Shown here: positions 37,601 through 48,604 of the stretch, piece after piece
Layout: each line of letters starts with the position of its first letter
How positions within the stretch are numbered: the first letter of the stretch is position 1
Assembly: GCA_950097015.1 (NCBI GenBank)
Contig: CATNEN010000041.1
Location: 3,596,001-3,660,000 of the forward strand
Direction: 5' to 3'
DNA from: Macrostomum hystrix
Lineage: Eukaryota > Animalia > Platyhelminthes
Length of the DNA stretch: 64,000 nucleotides
Position numbers and translations under genes: made by a program
Notes under the pieces: model-generated
Told to the model about the DNA's origin: nothing
What the model saw: only the letters and a program-made list of their open reading frames with translations
The model's database searches: none

Positions 37601-37750
37601 TACAATGCCTCTTCCTTTAGTAATATCAACGGTTAGTTGATCAAGAGATATTTTCTTAGCAAGAAATGTTCCGAGATAGTGCTGAAGAAGATATCTACAA
37701 ACGCGTTTCTTTAAGGCTTCGTGCAAAGAAAAATTCCAGAAAGTATTCAT
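16648..37750 (-). CDS. ATG2: Autophagy-related protein 2 (lipid-transfer protein), 13 exons, about 1997 aa
   Basis: Exons in transcript order: 37577-37750, 32212-33689, 31620-31797, 25268-25345, 22644-22787, 21401-22361, 20763-21071, 20155-20521, 19798-19955, 19532-19602, 18692-19273, 18009-18407, 16648-17742. All GT-AG, phases consistent, total 5994 nt. N-terminal chorein-type LKKRVCRYLLQHYLG..ISLDQL..; LHLCSDS; SPIKSFLYRHTSERMPR; QPVRLNVDQDA; C-terminal GLRDLVWLP..RGLQRGA..ERHKWK. Confidence 0.96.
23435..24649. mobile_element. Old TIR element in ATG2 intron 4 with about 120-bp imperfect inverted repeats
   Basis: 23435-23557 (CCCCATTACAATT..GTGCTGCAC..GCATCTTTTGAAACAAGGATCAAGTCGCCAGCCTTTCAGA) is the diverged reverse complement of 24527-24649. 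Confidence 0.7.
23862..24245 (-). mobile_element. 5'-truncated non-LTR retrotransposon copy with (GAA)n tail and 14-bp TSD
   Basis: Exact direct repeat GTTGGAGGCACTCT at 23848-23861 and 24246-24259 flanking a GC-rich 384-bp insert whose minus-strand 3' end is GGCGCCGTTGAAGAAGAAGAAG. Confidence 0.8.
24771..25030 (+). mobile_element. tRNA-derived CORE-SINE
   Basis: tRNA-like head with Pol III B-box GGTTCGATTCCC (24801-24812), followed by TGTGTCCTTTAGCAAGACACTTAACTCTGCATTGCTTCAGTTCACCCAGCTGTTAAATGGGTAC, which resembles the MIR/CORE domain. Related copy at 59209. Confidence 0.75.
27414..30413 (+). CDS. Intronless leucine-rich-repeat type I transmembrane protein, 999 aa, nested antisense in ATG2 intron 3
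   Basis: N-terminal signal peptide; LRRNT-like (CSF..LDCSNKGLTEVP); many LxxLxLxxN repeats; LRRCT (LGGNPFYCGCSMQWL..CAHPPSLIGR); a possible FN3-like stretch; TM segment AAVIAISVMAAIIGTALIFVLVCLVC; S/P/Q-rich cytoplasmic tail without a recognisable TIR or kinase domain. Confidence 0.92.
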   Translation: MTSLLPSLFVLQLCLSISSVLPSALYLTQSNYAPCSFNSNSSIRILDCSNKGLTEVPSVESAMIVSAFYLDGNPIRSMGANAFVNLNRSLTLLSVTSTALMDRIDNLALAGLTGLKSLNIEAKDGSENSMNKINIDKLFSGLKALTNIRMSKVNIKELPISFGGGTNMGNVSFVRTAIASIDTNAFSNASNLRFLDLSNNPLNLGVTKMNWLGSAVNVETIVLGSCGITTDTMGQMPSIPRLRTIDLKSNKLARLDGNSFANVAASLEVLVLNNNEISDGNTQGLQSLLALKELYLLSNNYISAIPPEIKLLSTLEVLDLRGTRIAGIEADNFHPNSKLKTLKLDYTNSHSFHALAFVRVANLEEFTVSTSSLSTSSILDTTGTQRPGNWSVILSQIPRLRVLSLSGIGSNINEGGGITDSIWSTLRLLPSLQRLTLEYNSLSFIPEFYLSSFVNLSYINLKNNNISRLTSASLYRMGNVELLLQNNKLAFFDNCTLSMYNTLHIVSLGGNPFYCGCSMQWLWRRVHAEKRINLANMQCAHPPSLIGRGWQTLNASDFCSSGETAPSNCSVQALTTAKPTTSLPFQFEIFISKASESDVKLEATLSILKGTFNGYIVRYWAISRPEVVLNTSLIPITIASITLKVTVNEQYRYCYVLRNGSSFWLESTTNCRDFLLTGLTSAAVIAISVMAAIIGTALIFVLVCLVCKMLRHRQSARLKGQADEDPYAYVYPDEKQIGKQPTNQSQFQATLRPESKRFSKRSRPNLAGSRPSLATSTTTLSTSRMSSSVFAMQNGARPVSGHSMVLQHQNPMFLSGGVQPSRSMHSILHDPRARSGPLTQQQLSRSQDHLSCNPKSERGGRQLPPPPRQARSQELVLDVTQAAGRYQNRHQYPDQPPSLPPPRSQPSSSTSGPQSQAPSYTTYSGDGAYVPMSSAAVANLGESSTDQDQRLQLHMSSKYNDYLQEVQILQQEPVQSNGGIENSAFQIQETFGYYEMGQI
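35210..36060. repeat. Degenerate AT-rich minisatellite in ATG2 intron 1
   Basis: Repeated variants of GATAATTCATGCTTCCCCT(C/T) with an approximately 22-nt rhythm. Confidence 0.75.
36093..36957. mobile_element. hAT-like MITE in ATG2 intron 1
   Basis: TAGGG...CCCTA termini with GC-rich, imperfectly inverted subterminal regions; near-perfect 8-bp TSD GCATGCAT (36085-92) / GCATGCTT (36958-65). Confidence 0.55.
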
Positions 37751-38279
37751 TGTGACAGTGCTTTTAAGATTATTAGCAATAAAAACAAGCTTTGGTGGAT
37801 CGCAATCTTAGCCCTACTGAATACTTTTTCTTGAGACAGATAAGATTTTATACAAAACTGAAAGCAACTCCATGTCTCGTCTTATTTATAGGCCCCTAGG
37901 CATAGTCAAAATTGAAAGGACAATTCGATGTGCGAAGACGTTTCAATTCATCAGAAAAAAAATGTAAACAAGAAAATTGAAACAGGCTTGTAAAGATTAT
38001 CAGAATTCTTATTGGTTAATACTGATGCTTAACTTTTTTTAACTCTTTAACTCTTTTTTAACGAAATCAGATTTTGCTTGTGATATTTTTGCGGCGTACC
38101 GAAAATTTGAACGAAACAAAAACAATTTTAAATAATTTCGAGAGCAATCAGCTGAGACCTAATTTATTTAAACAAACAGTTAGCAATTTTTTACTAAATC
38201 ACGTAAGGCGTAATAAGAAAATGTGTCATGCAAACCATCAAAAGCGTAGCTGAAAACCACAATAAAATGCAATTCTAAC

Positions 38280-38435
38280 ACTCCCCGGTCGCCAGCAATA
38301 GGGCCAGCAATAGACTTTTGAAAACTTGGTGTGCCACTGCTGGAAATGAATGAATTTTATTTATTTTGACTCACAGATTCTGTGCCACGAATAATTGAGG
38401 CCTCCAAGACAGGTCGCTTGGATCCAGAGCGGCGA
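38280..38435 (+). repeat. Direct duplication of an internal arm segment (second copy 38840-38996; inverted third copy about 47945-48100)
   Basis: ACTCCCCGGTCGCCAGCAATAGGG...GGATCCAGAGCGGCGA occurs twice in direct orientation, abutting the outer end of the left arm. Confidence 0.9.
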
Positions 38436-40239
38436 TACTGTGAAACTGTAATTTAATTTAATGGATGGTATGATATAACCTGGTATAGTATTGATCGTGT
38501 ATGATGAAGTAGTCTGTGATATCATTTGACATGATTGGGTATGATATGGGATGATATGGCATGGTCTTGTATTATATGGCATGATATGGTATGATATGGC
38601 ATTATCTGTTAAGATATGACATATTTATAGTATCATATATCTTGTATGATATAGTTGTCTGTAGTAGCATGTGACATTAACTTGTATGATATGGTTGTCT
38701 ATGATAATATATAGCATGATATTAAAGTCATGGGAAAATGACTAAAGTCACAGCAAAAAAACCATGCGGAAAACAATGCGGTGAAAGATTTATACGTCTT
38801 AAGCATTAACTCTTATGTCTATAGACAGACAGTTAGAATACTCCCCGGTCGCCAGCAATAGGGCCAGCAATAGACTTTTGAAAACTTGGTGTGCCACTGC
38901 TGGAAATGAATGAATTTTATTTTTTTTTGACTCACAGATTCTGTGCCACGAAGAATTGAGGCCTCCAAGACAGGTCGCTTGGATCCAGAGCGGCGAAATT
39001 TGTTTTTTTATTGCTGGAGCTATTGCTGGTCTCCCACTCCGTGACGCAATGAGGAAAATGTGTGCCGTTTTTATTTTTAAGAGAAGCATAACAGGTTCTT
39101 CTTGTGTCACACTACCCAGGGTTTGTGCCGCTCTGTCTAAGCATGTAGGAAGTAATAAAGTACTTTTACGGCTTTACGCCAGTCATTTTATTGCTGGACT
39201 TACCACGCTGCACAGAGCGGCTAAAATGGCACACAATACATATTTTTCGCTTTATTAGCGCAAGAAGTAACTGTGCCACAATATTTAAGAGTACTTGCTA
39301 TTAGTCTAGGCACATTGCTAAAAACTATGTAACGTCCCTATAATCTATAGATGTCTTCAAGGATCGTTTGTCGTGAAATATTCAAACTGCAGCTAAAGTT
39401 TTCAACGAACTTGTCGTACCCCACGTGGTGTGAAACCCTCAACACTTAGGATTCGAAGCACTATTTTTCGAAATGAAGCTCTATTAGAATATTACTTTCA
39501 ACAATAGTATATACCCTTTTGTGGTTTAATTTATGTGCAAAGACTGTCAAGAGTATAGTGTTATGCAGTGTATAGCTAGACCTAGTTATACATAGACCTA
39601 CACTTGTGGGGGAGAGAAGAGTTCTAACCCTATATGGCTATGGAAATGAAATAGAGAAAAAGACTTTCTAAAAGTTTCTCATCTGATTTTTTGCTTTTGA
39701 ACAAAAGATAGCTATGCCTATGCTTAGCTATATAGCTAGCTAAAGCAGGATTAAGATGGCTATGAAAAAATCCTAGAAAAAAGAATGTTGTACTTAGACT
39801 TAGAATACTGTAGAGCTAGTTATGACAATTTTAATATAATTGTATTCCTCAAACATATTTCATTGAATATATATATAGAAAGCCAACTTGATATGATATT
39901 ATATAATATTAAGCATATTTATTATTTAACATTATTGTATACTCACATAGGGAAAAAGGAAATTGTCTATTTGTTTGTTAAATTCTCAAAAAAATGTATA
40001 GACTGACATGCTAAAAAATTTACTTTTTGTTTACTCTATTTAGTTTCCACAATTAGGTTTATATAATTTATTCAATTTACTTTAAATATTTGGGTTCAAT
40101 AAATGATTAGCAATTTCTATATTCTATATTCTAGCTTATATTGTCATATCAGAATTTTGTCTTTCAAGTTCTAAGAAATTTATTACTATATTTACTAAAT
40201 CAACTATTGCTTTTGATAAACCATGATTATCTTGCCTAG

Positions 40240-41350
40240 CCATGTCAGCCATGCCTAGCTATATACAATAATGTCAAGGCCTAGCCATGACCAGCATGCC
40301 AACCATGCCAAACAATGTCTAACCATGCCTAGCTATACCTGCCATGCCCAACTATTCCCAGCCATGTCCAACCATGCCCAGGCTTACCAAACCATGCCCA
40401 ACAATGTCTAACCATGCCTAGCTATACCTGCCATGCCCAAATATTCCCCGCCATGCCCAGCCATGCCCAACCATGCCCAGCCTTGCCCAGCCATGTCCAA
40501 CCATGCCCAACCATGCCCAGCCATGCCCAGGCTTGCCAAACCATGCCCAGGCTTGCCAAACTATGCCCAGCAATGTCTAACCATGCCTAGCTATACCTGC
40601 CATGCCCAAATATTCCCCGCCATGCCCAGCCATGCCCAGCCTTGCCCAGCCATGTCCAACCATGCCCAACCATGCCCAGCTTACCAAACCATGCCCAGGC
40701 TTGCCAAACTATGCCCAGCAATGTCTAACCATGCCTAGCTATACCTGCCATGCCCAAATATTCCCCGCCATGCCCAGCCATGCCCAGCCTTGCCCAGCCA
40801 TGTCCAACCATGCCCAACCATGCCCAGGCTTACCAAACCATGCCCAGGCTTGCCAAACTATGCCCAGCAATGTCTAACCATACGTAGCTTTACCTGCCAT
40901 GCCCAGCAATGTCTAACCATGCCTAGCTATACCTGCCATGCCCAACCATGCCCAACTATTCCCAGCCATGCCCAACCATGCCCAACTATTCCCAGCCATG
41001 CCCAACCATGCCCAACTATTCCCAGCCATGCCCAACCATGCCCAACTATTCACAGCCATGCCCAACCATGCCCAACTATTCCCAGCCATGCCCAACCATG
41101 CCCAACTATTCCTAGCCATGCCGAACCATGCCCTACAATGTCTAACCATGCCCAGCCATGCCCAGCCATGCCTAGCAATGCCCAGCCATGCCGAACCATG
41201 CCCAACCATGCCCTACAATGTCTAACCATGCCCAGCCATGCCTTGCAATGCCCTACAATGTCTAACCATGCCCAGCCATGCCCAGCCATGCCAAACCATG
41301 CCCTACAATGTCTAACCATGCCTAGCCATGCCCAACCATGCCTAGCCATG
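40240..41350 (+). repeat. Complex satellite of 10-bp CATGCCCA(A/G)C-type monomers with higher-order units (left arm)
   Basis: Monomers CATGCCCAGC, CATGCCCAAC, TATTCCCAGC, GCTTGCCAAAC and CAATGTCTAAC arranged in 30-bp and longer repeating blocks. Confidence 0.95.
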
Positions 41351-42026
41351 CCGTCTCTCGAGCTTGTTCCTTGCCGTAATGTGCCTTTAAACATGAGATG
41401 CGTGCTTTTGTAACGTTTCCTCATTCCTCACTTTTTTCAGTTCGATTTTTTCCATGGCGCTTGTCAGTCGCATTTTATGTAGGCAACCTTTAGAGTCTGA
41501 GGTTTTTGTACAATTGGCTCCTCTAGGAAGCTCCTACGTCTGTCCTGCGGGTTCGTTCGCTTCGTGGGTTGATCTAGACAACTGTCCTCCATCTCTTGCC
41601 ATGCTCCGGCTTTGCGACTGCCTTAAGAACAGCCATTATGGGACTTGTGGCCATTCAAAATCGTACTACTGGAGGTCTGATCATGCTGTAAGTCACTTTA
41701 GTGTTCAATGAAATGTATGCATTCTTTTATTATAGAAACGTTTGTTCTAGTGTACTCTTGGTCCAGTTCTTCTTCTATTCTAATAGACCTGTGTTATTGC
41801 AATCGGTATTCTGGTTTTTGTAGTTCAGTTTTATTGGAACAATCGTAGCAAGCAGAACATAAATGATTGATATATTTATGCATCAGTATTTTATTCACCT
41901 TTTTACAATTGAGAGTGACTGTCTAAATAATGCGCTCCTTCACAGGCTCTATGCTGGCTTCCGGTATCAGGCGGATCTGGCAGTCCGGTTCGCGGACTCT
42001 GGTGGCATTCACTGAAACTTCGCCAT

Positions 42027-42608
42027 ATGGAAGACGATGTCTTTCACAACTTACTGCTGAAACAAGTGGATTTGCGAGTGACTGCTTCAGATGGCGGCAT
42101 TGGTACTCAAGTCGATGGTTCACCGAAGCAAGCCGAGAAGCAGCAGCAGATTGTGCAGACTGACGAAGGCATGCGACAGATGCAACAGCAGCTGGACGAA
42201 GGCATGCGGCAGATGCAGCAGCAGATAGACGAAGGCCTGCGGCAGATGCAGCAGGACATGCAACAGCAGCTGGACGAAGGCATGCGGCAGATGCAGCAGG
42301 ACATGCAACAGCAGCTGGACGAAGGCATGCGGCAGATGCAGCAGGACATGCAATAGCAGCTGGACGAAGGCATACGCTGAAGGAAGCAGACAGTGCAGGA
42401 AGGATCTCTGCCTGCAGCAGCTTCCAAGGTTCATCGATGTGAAGATGGCAGTTCCGACGAGGGAGAGCCGGAAGCTCAAATGCAGAGGGAACTAGAGACT
42501 GTACCGAAAAGGAAAACGACGAAGAAGGGAACACTTTGCAATCCATGGAGCGGGGCTAGCGTGCAAACCAGCTGTACTGCCCGAATTTTGCGCTCGAGAC
42601 GGGTTTAA
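42027..42608 (+). pseudogene. Degenerate ORF with Gln/Met-rich 33/45-bp tandem repeat in the spacer of the inverted repeat
   Basis: MEDDVFHNLLLKQVDL... then repeats of QQQLDEGMRQMQQ(DM). The frame continues through two stops (CAA TAG CAG; CGC TGA AGG) into QEGSLPAAASKV..PKRKTTKKG. No family recognised. Confidence 0.45.
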
Positions 42609-44379
42609 TGCATGCCATCTCTTGTTTTAATTCGCAAGACTCAAATGCAAGCTGTTTTGGCATTTTGCCTTATAGCCTTTGCGAAGCAGTGATTTCAGGA
42701 GCAAAAAATTGTGCTTTTAATCAAGCACAAGCAGCTGTAAAATAAGATCGTAAATGTGACTTCTTTCAAGTGGAATGCATTGCGGCTAAAATGAATATTA
42801 CGAGCTATAATATATGCTGAATGCCATATGCTACATGTATATGCTTAAGCCGACGAACGATGACTATCACGCGCAAAATGTTTTGCGGTTTTATTGTATT
42901 TTGAAGCTACTAAAGCTACATTTTTGAACGGATACCAGTTACGCTAAGCACATCTATCTTGTCAAACAGACAATGACAAGATGACAATCTTGTCTATCTT
43001 GTCAACGGCTAAATATAGTTGTTGGATCATTGTTCGCTACATTTCAAATTGGCATTTCTGTTTAAGGACCAGATTGTCTGGTCTTCACTAGCATGCACAA
43101 CAAGTTTGTCAAAGTTTTTCTCCTGCGTCAGTTTATTCTCGAACCCACGAATCTTACGCACGTATTATCATACGTGCCAGTCTGCGAATCATTTCGTCCA
43201 TGATACAAGAGATAAGAGAGGAAAAGAGGGCTGAGAGACGGAGATAGAAAGGAGGGGGTGGAGAGGTTTGAATTGGGTTACCGCGCACCGTGTTGGCGAA
43301 CAGGGGTAGGAGCTATCTATGGTAGAAAGCCCCAGCCCCAGTGCAGAGGATGAAATTATTCGCAGACTGGATGAATCGTTTTGCGGGAACGCTGGTGTCT
43401 ATGGCAGAGACTGACTGCGATGCCCAGTCACCAGCCCATACTCGATGAATTGTTTTGTGAGTTTGGATGAATTCAATCGCAAAAAGGTATAGTAGATACG
43501 ATCCTGTCATGAGAATACAGCAAGCCAGCGTAATGCAATGGCTGAGGCAAAAGTATCGCACACATAAAAGCGGGTCAGAAAAGATAAATGAAACTACAAG
43601 GCAGCAAAAGTTGTTTTACGCTGTGGGGACGCGCATTGAAGCCAGGAGAATATTCATATGTAAAAGGGTAAACGATTCCGTCTGAATACTTTAAAAGCTG
43701 TAAGAGGCTAGGAACATAGGAAAATATATATGAACGCTATATTCACCACAAACAGGAAAGCATGATTGAAGCCAAAACGTCGAGACACAAATTGCAACAA
43801 AATGCCAATGCAAGCAAGGTACGGAAGGCATTCAATAAGACAGTGCTTACTCGTGTTCAACAACTTCTGGAGTCCGACCACAACTGGAAGACAGAAGTTC
43901 CAAAACGCTTCTTCTATGTCGATTGAGATAAGTATATAAGTATTTCTTACTACCCGGTGTGTTGGGTAGATTCAGAAGCTGACAAAGCAATTGCAGCCGC
44001 AAATCAGATTCGCGCCGATGGCTTGGCCTATCAGTGCCAAAGTAGTCGTCGACTGTAACGCGTCCTTGACGAAAAACTTCAACAAGTTTCTCAACTGTAA
44101 CTAAATGACCATCTAAAAAACGAGACGGAAGGAAGAATTGCGAAGAGCAACCTACAAAATGAATGTCTCACAGATAGCGCACACTTACTAGTTGCACTTG
44201 CCAAACCATCACCACCATCGAAAGAACAAGACATGCTTTGCACCAAGATTCACATGATGCGTAGCATCTGGGACTGAATGCTGAAATAAGAAAAATAACA
44301 AGGACATCAAAGACAAGAATTCTATGACTTTTATGACTTCACGACTTTCGTGACGTGTCAGACACAATCTCGCTTGCAT

Positions 44380-46700
44380 GGCCGGACATTATTGAGCATG
44401 GCTGCCATGGCTAGGCAAGATAGACATTGGCATGATTGGGCATGCTATTGTTGTGTTTCTACAAGGGCCTCCCGGCTACGCCTACAGGGCTGCAGGACGG
44501 CGAGCGCAGGGTCGCTTCGGCCGCCCCGACCGGACTGAGTTCGGAGCGGTGCGTGAGATCGCTTCGCGATCCTAGCCAGTCCGTCCCTAGTTCCACCGCC
44601 GTTAAGCACGTACTGTAATCCGTGTCCCCCAATAACTAAGACGAACTCACTGAGTAGAACGTGTCAAGAGCCGGCGGCAGGCGAGAGAGGTCGGGTTCGC
44701 ACCTTGAGCAGTCTGGCCAGAGCAATCTCTTATCGATTTTTCAATCCAGTAAATGTCCGAGAAAATCAGCGGGTCTCCCTCTCTCGCCGGCGCGCACGGT
44801 AATATATATTTGCGCCGGCTGGGTAAGCCCTAGGGTACTACGACCCTTGGGCCCCCAGTCGGCCAATCAGGCTTACGCGCCCGCCCCAACCCTGGGGCCG
44901 CGATAGGCTGCAGACTCACTGCCTGGTCTGCGAGGGGGTTTGGCGCAGCCAATCATATGCAGCCGGGGGTGCGCGGGCAGCTTAGGGGGGAGTTACGCAT
45001 AACTAGAACACGCCTAGCCACGGAGGGCTTTAAACATCCAGTCAGAACTGGGGCAGACAGACAGTGGGGTGGGTACACTCGCACACAGGGGGCGGGGGGA
45101 AAGTGCAGTGGCGGGCGCACTGACTGCAAGCCTGGAGATGGCTAAGCAGTACAAGTGCACCACGGCACAACACTATGAATGGTTGGGCATGCTGGGCATG
45201 GTTGGGCATAGTTCGGCATTGCTAGGCATGGCTGGGCATGGTTGGGCATAGTTAGACATTGTATGGCATGGTTGGGCATGGCGGGGCAAGCCTGGGCATG
45301 GTTAGACATGGTAGGGCATGGCTAGGAATATGGTTTGGCAAGCCTGGGCATTGCTGGGCATGGTTGGGGCATGGCAGGTATAGCTAGGCATGGTTAGACA
45401 TTGCTGGGAATGGTTCGGCAAGCCTGGGCATGGCTAGGCATGGTTGGGCATGGTTAGGCAAGCCTGGGCATGGCTGGGCATGGTTGGGCATGACTGGGAA
45501 TAGTTGGGCATGGTTGGGCATGGCTGGGAATAGTTGGGCATGGTTGGGCATGGCTGGGAATAGTTGGGCATGGTTGGGCATGGCTGGGAATAGTTGGGCA
45601 TGGTTGGGCATGGTTTGGCAAGCCTGGGCATGGCTGGGCATGGCAGGTAAAGCTACGTATGGTTAGACATTGCTGGGCATAGTTTGGCAAGCCTGGGCAT
45701 GGTTTGGCAAGCCTGGGCATGGCTGGGCATGGTTGGGGCATGGCAGGTATAGCTAGGCATGGTTTGGCAAGCCTGGGCATGGCTGGGCATGGTTGGGCAT
45801 GGCTGGGAATAGTTGGGCATGGTTGGGCATGGCAGGTATAGCTAGGCATGGTTAGACATTGCTGGGCATGGCAGGTAAAGCTACGTATGGTTAGACATTG
45901 CTGGGCATAGTTTGGCAAGCCTGGGCATGGTTTGGCAAGCCTGGGCATGGCTGGGCATGGTTTGGCAAGCCTGGGCATGGCTGGGCATGGTTGGGGCATG
46001 GCAGGTATAGCTAGGCATGGTTTGGCAAGCCTGGGCATGGCTGGGCATGGTTGGGCATGGCTGGGAATGGTTGGGCATGGCTGGGCATGGCGGGGAATAT
46101 TTGGGCATGGCAGGTATAGCTAGGCATGGTTAGACATTGTTGGGCATGGTTTGGTAAGCCTGGGCATGGTTGGACATGGCTGGGAATAGTTGGGCATGGT
46201 TTGGCATGGCTGGGAATAGTTGGGCATGGTTGGGCATGGCTGGGAATAGTTGGGCATGGTTGGGCATGGCTGGGAATAGTTGGGCATGGTTGGGCATGGC
46301 AGGTATAGCTAGGCATGGTTAGACATTGCTGGGCATGGCAGGTAAAGCTACATATGGTTAGACAATGCTGGGCATAGTTTGGCAAGCCTGGGCATGGTTT
46401 GGCAAGCCTGGGCATGGCTGGGCATGGTTGGGCATGGTTGGACATGGCTGGGCAAGGCTGGGCATGGTTGGGCATGGCGGGGAATATTTGGGCATGGCAG
46501 GTATAGCTAGGCATGGTTAGACATTGTTGGGCATGGTTTGGTAAGCCTGGGCATGGTTGGACATGGCTGGGAATAGTTGGGCATGGTTGGGCATGGCAGG
46601 TATAGCTAGGCATGGTTAGACATTGTTTGGCATGGTTGGCATGCTGGGCATGGCTAGGCCTTGACATTATTGTATATAGCTAGGCATGGCTGACATGGCT
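44380..46700 (-). repeat. Same satellite in inverted orientation (right arm), interrupted by a solo LTR at 44449-45172
   Basis: GCTGGGCATG / GTTGGGCATG / GCTGGGAATA monomers; reverse complement of the left array. Confidence 0.95.
44449..45172. mobile_element. Solo LTR (Gypsy-type, 4-bp TSD)
   Basis: TGTTGTG...CACAACA termini; TSD CTAT at 44445-48 and 45173-76; GC-rich 724-bp body with a TATA-like ATATATAT and no long ORF. Confidence 0.85.
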
Positions 46701-48139
46701 AGGCAAGATAATCATGGTTTATCAAAAGCAATAGTTGATTTAGTAAATATAGTAATAAATTTCTTAGAACTTGAAAGACAAAATTCTGATATGACAATAT
46801 AAGCTAGAATATAGAATATAGAAATTGCTAATCATTTATTGAACCCAAATATTTAAAGTAAATTGAATAAATTATATAAACCTAATTGTGGAAACTAAAT
46901 AGAGTAAACAAAAAGTAAATTTTTTAGCATTTCAGTCTATACATTTTTTTAGAGAATTTAACAAACAAATAGACAATTTCCTTTTTCCCTATGTGAGTAT
47001 ACAATAATGTTAAATAATAAATATTCTTAATATTATATAATATCATATTAAGTTGGCTTTCTATATATATATTCAATGAAATATGTTTGAGGAATACAAT
47101 TATATTAAAATTGTCATAACTAGCTCTACAGTATTCTAAGTCTAAGTACAACATTCTTTTTTCTAGGATTTTTTCATAGCCATCTTAATCCTGCTTTAGC
47201 TAGCTATATAGCTAAGCATAGGCATAGCTATCTTTTGTTCAAAAGCAAAAAATCAGATGAGAAACTTTTAGAAAGTCTTTTTCTCTATTTCATTTCCATA
47301 GCCATATAGGGTTAGAACTCTTCTCTCCCCCACAAGTGTAGGTCTATGTATAACTAGGTCTAGCTATACACTGCATAACACTATACTCTTGACAGTCTTT
47401 GCACATAAATTAAACCACAAAAGGGTATATACTATTGTTGAAAGTAATATTCTAATAGAGCTTCATTTCGAAAAATAGTGCTTCGAATCCTAAGTGTTGA
47501 GGGTTTCACACCACGTGGGGTACGACAAGTTCGTTGAAAACTTTAGCTGCAGTTTGAATATTTCACGACAAACGATCCTTGAAGACATCTATAGATTATA
47601 GGGACGTTACATAGTTTTTAGCAATGTGCCTAGACTAATAGCAAGTACTCTTAAATATTGTGGCACAGTTACTTCTTGCGCTAATAAAGCGAAAAATATG
47701 TATTGTGTGCCATTTTAGCCGCTCTGTGCAGCGTGGTAAGTCCAGCAATAAAATGACTGGCGTAAAGCCGTAAAAGTACTTTATTACTTCCTACATGCTT
47801 AGACAGAGCGGCACAAACCCTGGGTAGTGTGACACAAGAAGAACCTGTTATGCTTCTCTTAAAAATAAAAACGGCACACATTTTCCTCATTGCGTCACGG
47901 AGTGGGAGACCAGCAATAGCTCCAGCAATAAAAAAACAAATTTCGCCGCTCTGGATCCAAGCGACCTGTCTTGGAGGCCTCAATTCTTCGTGGCACAGAA
48001 TCTGTGAGTCAAAAAAAATAAAATTCATTCATTTCCAGCAGTGGCACACCAAGTTTTCAAAAGTCTATTGCTGGCCCTATTGCTGGCGACCGGGGAGTAT
48101 TCTAACTGTCTGTCTATAGACATAAGAGTTAATGCTTAA

Positions 48140-48600
48140 GACGTATAAATCTCTCACCGCACTGTTTTCCGCATGGTTTTCCGCATGGTTTTTTTCCTGT
48201 GACTTTAGTCATTTTCCCATGACTTTAATATCATGCTATATATTATCATAGACAACCATATCATACAAGTTAATGTCACATGCTACTACAGACAACTATA
48301 TCATACAAGATATATGATACTATAAATAGGTCATATCTTACCAGATAATGCCATATCATACCATATCATGCCATATAATACAAGATCATGCCATATCATC
48401 CCATATCATACCCAATCATGTCAAATGATATCACAGACTACTTCATCATACACGATCAATACTATACCAGGTTATATCATACCATCCATTAAATTAAATT
48501 ACAGTTTCACAGTAATTTTTACACCATACAAAAATATTTTAATTTTAACACGGAAAAAAACCGTGCGGAAAACAATGCGGTGAAAGACCCACTCATATGC
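48140..48600. mobile_element. TTAA-flanked MITE-like element; truncated mirror copy at 38436-38802
   Basis: TTAA at 48136-39 and 48601-04; imperfect inverted subterminal motif TCT(C/T)TCACCGCA(C/T)TGTTTTCCGCA near both ends; ATGAT-rich core. Confidence 0.55.
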
Positions 48601-48604
48601 TTAA

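Larger units (their letters stand above)
38436..48514. repeat. About 10-kb inverted repeat (foldback-like) with satellite-bearing arms
   Basis: 38436 onward (TACTGTGAAACTGTAATTT..) is the reverse complement of the sequence ending at 48514 (..ACAGTTTCACAGTA). The unique arm parts 38436-40240 and 46700-48514 are near-identical with scattered substitutions. Both arms continue inward into mirror-image satellites. Confidence 0.95.

Noticed and set aside
38799-40006. Duplicated ORFs 38956-39258 / 47681-48028 and 39785-40006 / 46924-47154 as a paralogous gene pair
   Set aside because: They are duplicated only because they lie in the inverted-repeat arms; they are AT-rich or low-complexity with no recognisable domain.
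40433-46667. Many ORFs encoding MPSHAQPCPA / WAWLGM repeats
   Set aside because: They are translations of a stop-poor 10-bp satellite, open in several frames on both strands and mirrored in both arms; nothing supports protein coding.
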